64,000 bases of DNA from NCBI GenBank assembly GCA_002410925.1, contig DHPR01000033.1, positions 142,397-206,396 on the forward strand. The letters are read 5' to 3'. Of this stretch, positions 62,766-64,000 are shown one piece after another (the stretch's first letter is position 1; each line of letters starts with the position of its first letter). The position numbers and the translations under genes were made by a program. The notes beneath the pieces are model-generated. The model did no database searches. It was not told where the DNA came from and was given only the letters and a program-made list of their open reading frames with translations. The stretch is from a bacterium UBP13_UBA5359. GTDB taxonomy: Bacteria > UBP13 > UBA5359.

Positions 62766-63809
62766 TTAGCGCCTTTTCTTTTTTGACCGGCGCTTGGTAC
62801 CGGTTGCAGATATGCCTGCGGAGGCTAGCTCCGCCGGCTCTTTTACACTGCAAGTTGCAGCTGCTGCAGCGTTATTATTATCGGCCATCAGCCGGGCCGG
62901 TTTGCCCTTTCTCTTACCATCCTCTTTCAATCGCATAGAAACAAGCAGCTGACTGGCAATAAAGATGGAAGAGTAACATCCGGTTGTAATACCCACAAAC
63001 AGAGCCAAAGCGAAGGTATGTATGGTTGCACCTCCAAAAAGAAGGAGAGCCATTATGGTAAGCTCGGTTGTCAATACAGTAAAGACTGACCTTGTCAATG
63101 TCTGATTTATGCTTAAGTTGACCAACTGACTGAAGTCACTCTTCTTATCAAGGCGTGTATTCTCTCTGAGGCGATCAAAGATCACAATAGTATCATTGAT
63201 GGAATAACCTACCACCGTCAGAATACAGGGCACTAAAAAGCTATTTACATCTATCCTGGTTATAGCAAAGAAGCCCAGCAATATCAGCACGTCGTGAAGC
63301 AAGCCTGCTATAGCGGATATAGCATATTTGAAGTCATATCGTATGGTGACAAAAAGCAGAATACCGAAGAGACCTATACAGAGAGCTATAAGTGCATTAA
63401 CCTGCAGCTCCTTACCGATACTCGGTCCTACCATATCCACATTTACATCTTGCGGCTTTACGGCGTAATCCTTGCTCAGGATATCGACGATTTTGCGGCT
63501 GAACTCTTCACCGGATTTCTGTTGCGTGCTAATAATAAGTTCATTCTGCGAGCGCTTCAAAGATTCTCTGGACAACGACAAACTGCTCAGCTTTGAAGCA
63601 ACATCATCAACGGTGAACTGCGTCGGCATCTTCACCCTGATCTCAGTGCCGCCGGTGAAATCTATTCCCAGCTTTAAAGGAGCTTTTATTTGAGGATTCA
63701 TATAGTTTATAAGCATGGCAATAATCCCAGCCATGATCAAGACAGCCGATATGGTATACCATATCTTTCTGCTGCGTACAAAATCGAACTGATATCTCAT
63801 AGCAGACAT
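62766..63809 (-). CDS. secF: Protein translocase subunit SecF, with an unusual ~50-aa basic Ala/Lys-rich C-terminal tail
   Basis: SecF 6-TM core. The tail reads KEDGKRKGKPARLMADNNNAAAAA...KRRSKKKRR. Confidence 0.85.
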   Translation of the reverse strand: MSAMRYQFDFVRSRKIWYTISAVLIMAGIIAMLINYMNPQIKAPLKLGIDFTGGTEIRVKMPTQFTVDDVASKLSSLSLSRESLKRSQNELIISTQQKSGEEFSRKIVDILSKDYAVKPQDVNVDMVGPSIGKELQVNALIALCIGLFGILLFVTIRYDFKYAISAIAGLLHDVLILLGFFAITRIDVNSFLVPCILTVVGYSINDTIVIFDRLRENTRLDKKSDFSQLVNLSINQTLTRSVFTVLTTELTIMALLLFGGATIHTFALALFVGITTGCYSSIFIASQLLVSMRLKEDGKRKGKPARLMADNNNAAAAATCSVKEPAELASAGISATGTKRRSKKKRR

Positions 63810-63813
63810 CTCT

Positions 63814-64000
63814 CCTATATCCTGAAATACAGGTTCTTCTCTCTCACTCTTTTAAGAGAGGAGAACAGGTCGATAAAATATCTGTTTACGACTATAGCCG
63901 TAAACATGCTCACCAAAATACCCAGGCTAAGTGTGACGGCAAAACCCTTGATTGGACCTGTGCACCAAATAAAGAGCACTACGGCTGCGATCAACGTTGT
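63814..64000 (-). CDS. secD: Protein translocase subunit SecD, C-terminal fragment (continues beyond window end)
   Basis: Minus-strand frame ...GFAVTLSLGILVSMFTAIVVNRYFIDLFSSLKRVREKNLYFRI* ends with TAG at 63816..63814, immediately upstream of the secF RBS. Confidence 0.7.

Noticed and set aside
1-64000. Search for CRISPR arrays, IS elements, integrases, toxin-antitoxin pairs and restriction-modification genes
   Set aside because: I saw no transposase or integrase motifs, no regularly spaced direct repeats and no methyltransferase/endonuclease pairs. The window appears to be core chromosome.

Overview
This 64-kb window is chromosomal housekeeping DNA from a bacterium with Firmicutes/Clostridia-like gene order. 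About 60 genes are packed on the minus strand, and mgtE is the only plus-strand gene. From window start to end, the main blocks are: a pfkB-family sugar kinase (C-terminus truncated at the window edge), a HI0933-type flavoprotein, a DUF2993 lipoprotein, an AmrS-like radical SAM gene and surE. A T-box leader then controls serA, followed by a sugar nucleotidyltransferase and an ECF sigma / anti-sigma pair. Two tRNA-Pro genes (CGG and GGG) flank a COG2509 FAD protein. Next come a GH36-like hydrolase, gpsA, plsY, der, a DUF512/PDZ protein, ispH and a 1072-aa secreted mosaic protein. A second T-box controls a nine-gene branched-chain amino acid operon: ilvD-ilvB-ilvN-ilvC-leuA-leuC-leuD-cimA, with no leuB in the window. 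After that: a class I aminotransferase, scpB/scpA, trpS, an M50 protease and an MFS transporter. An FMN riboswitch sits upstream of ribD-ribE-ribBA-ribH, with a small uncharacterised membrane ORF between the riboswitch and ribD, and mgtE is transcribed divergently from it. The window ends with rpe, a PASTA-domain Ser/Thr kinase homologue whose catalytic loop is degenerate, rlmN, rsmB, htpX, a RACo-like ASKHA/2Fe-2S protein, fmt, def, priA, a PrsA/SurA-like PPIase, coaBC, rpoZ, gmk, rel, recJ, secF and a secD fragment. I found no CRISPR arrays, transposases, integrases or rRNA genes. Three observations seem the most worth checking: the small membrane ORF between the FMN riboswitch and ribD, the apparent PASTA pseudokinase that lacks prpC and rsgA partners, and the Leu T-box super-operon that includes cimA but not leuB. 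All calls rest on hand translation and motif recognition only, with no database search.
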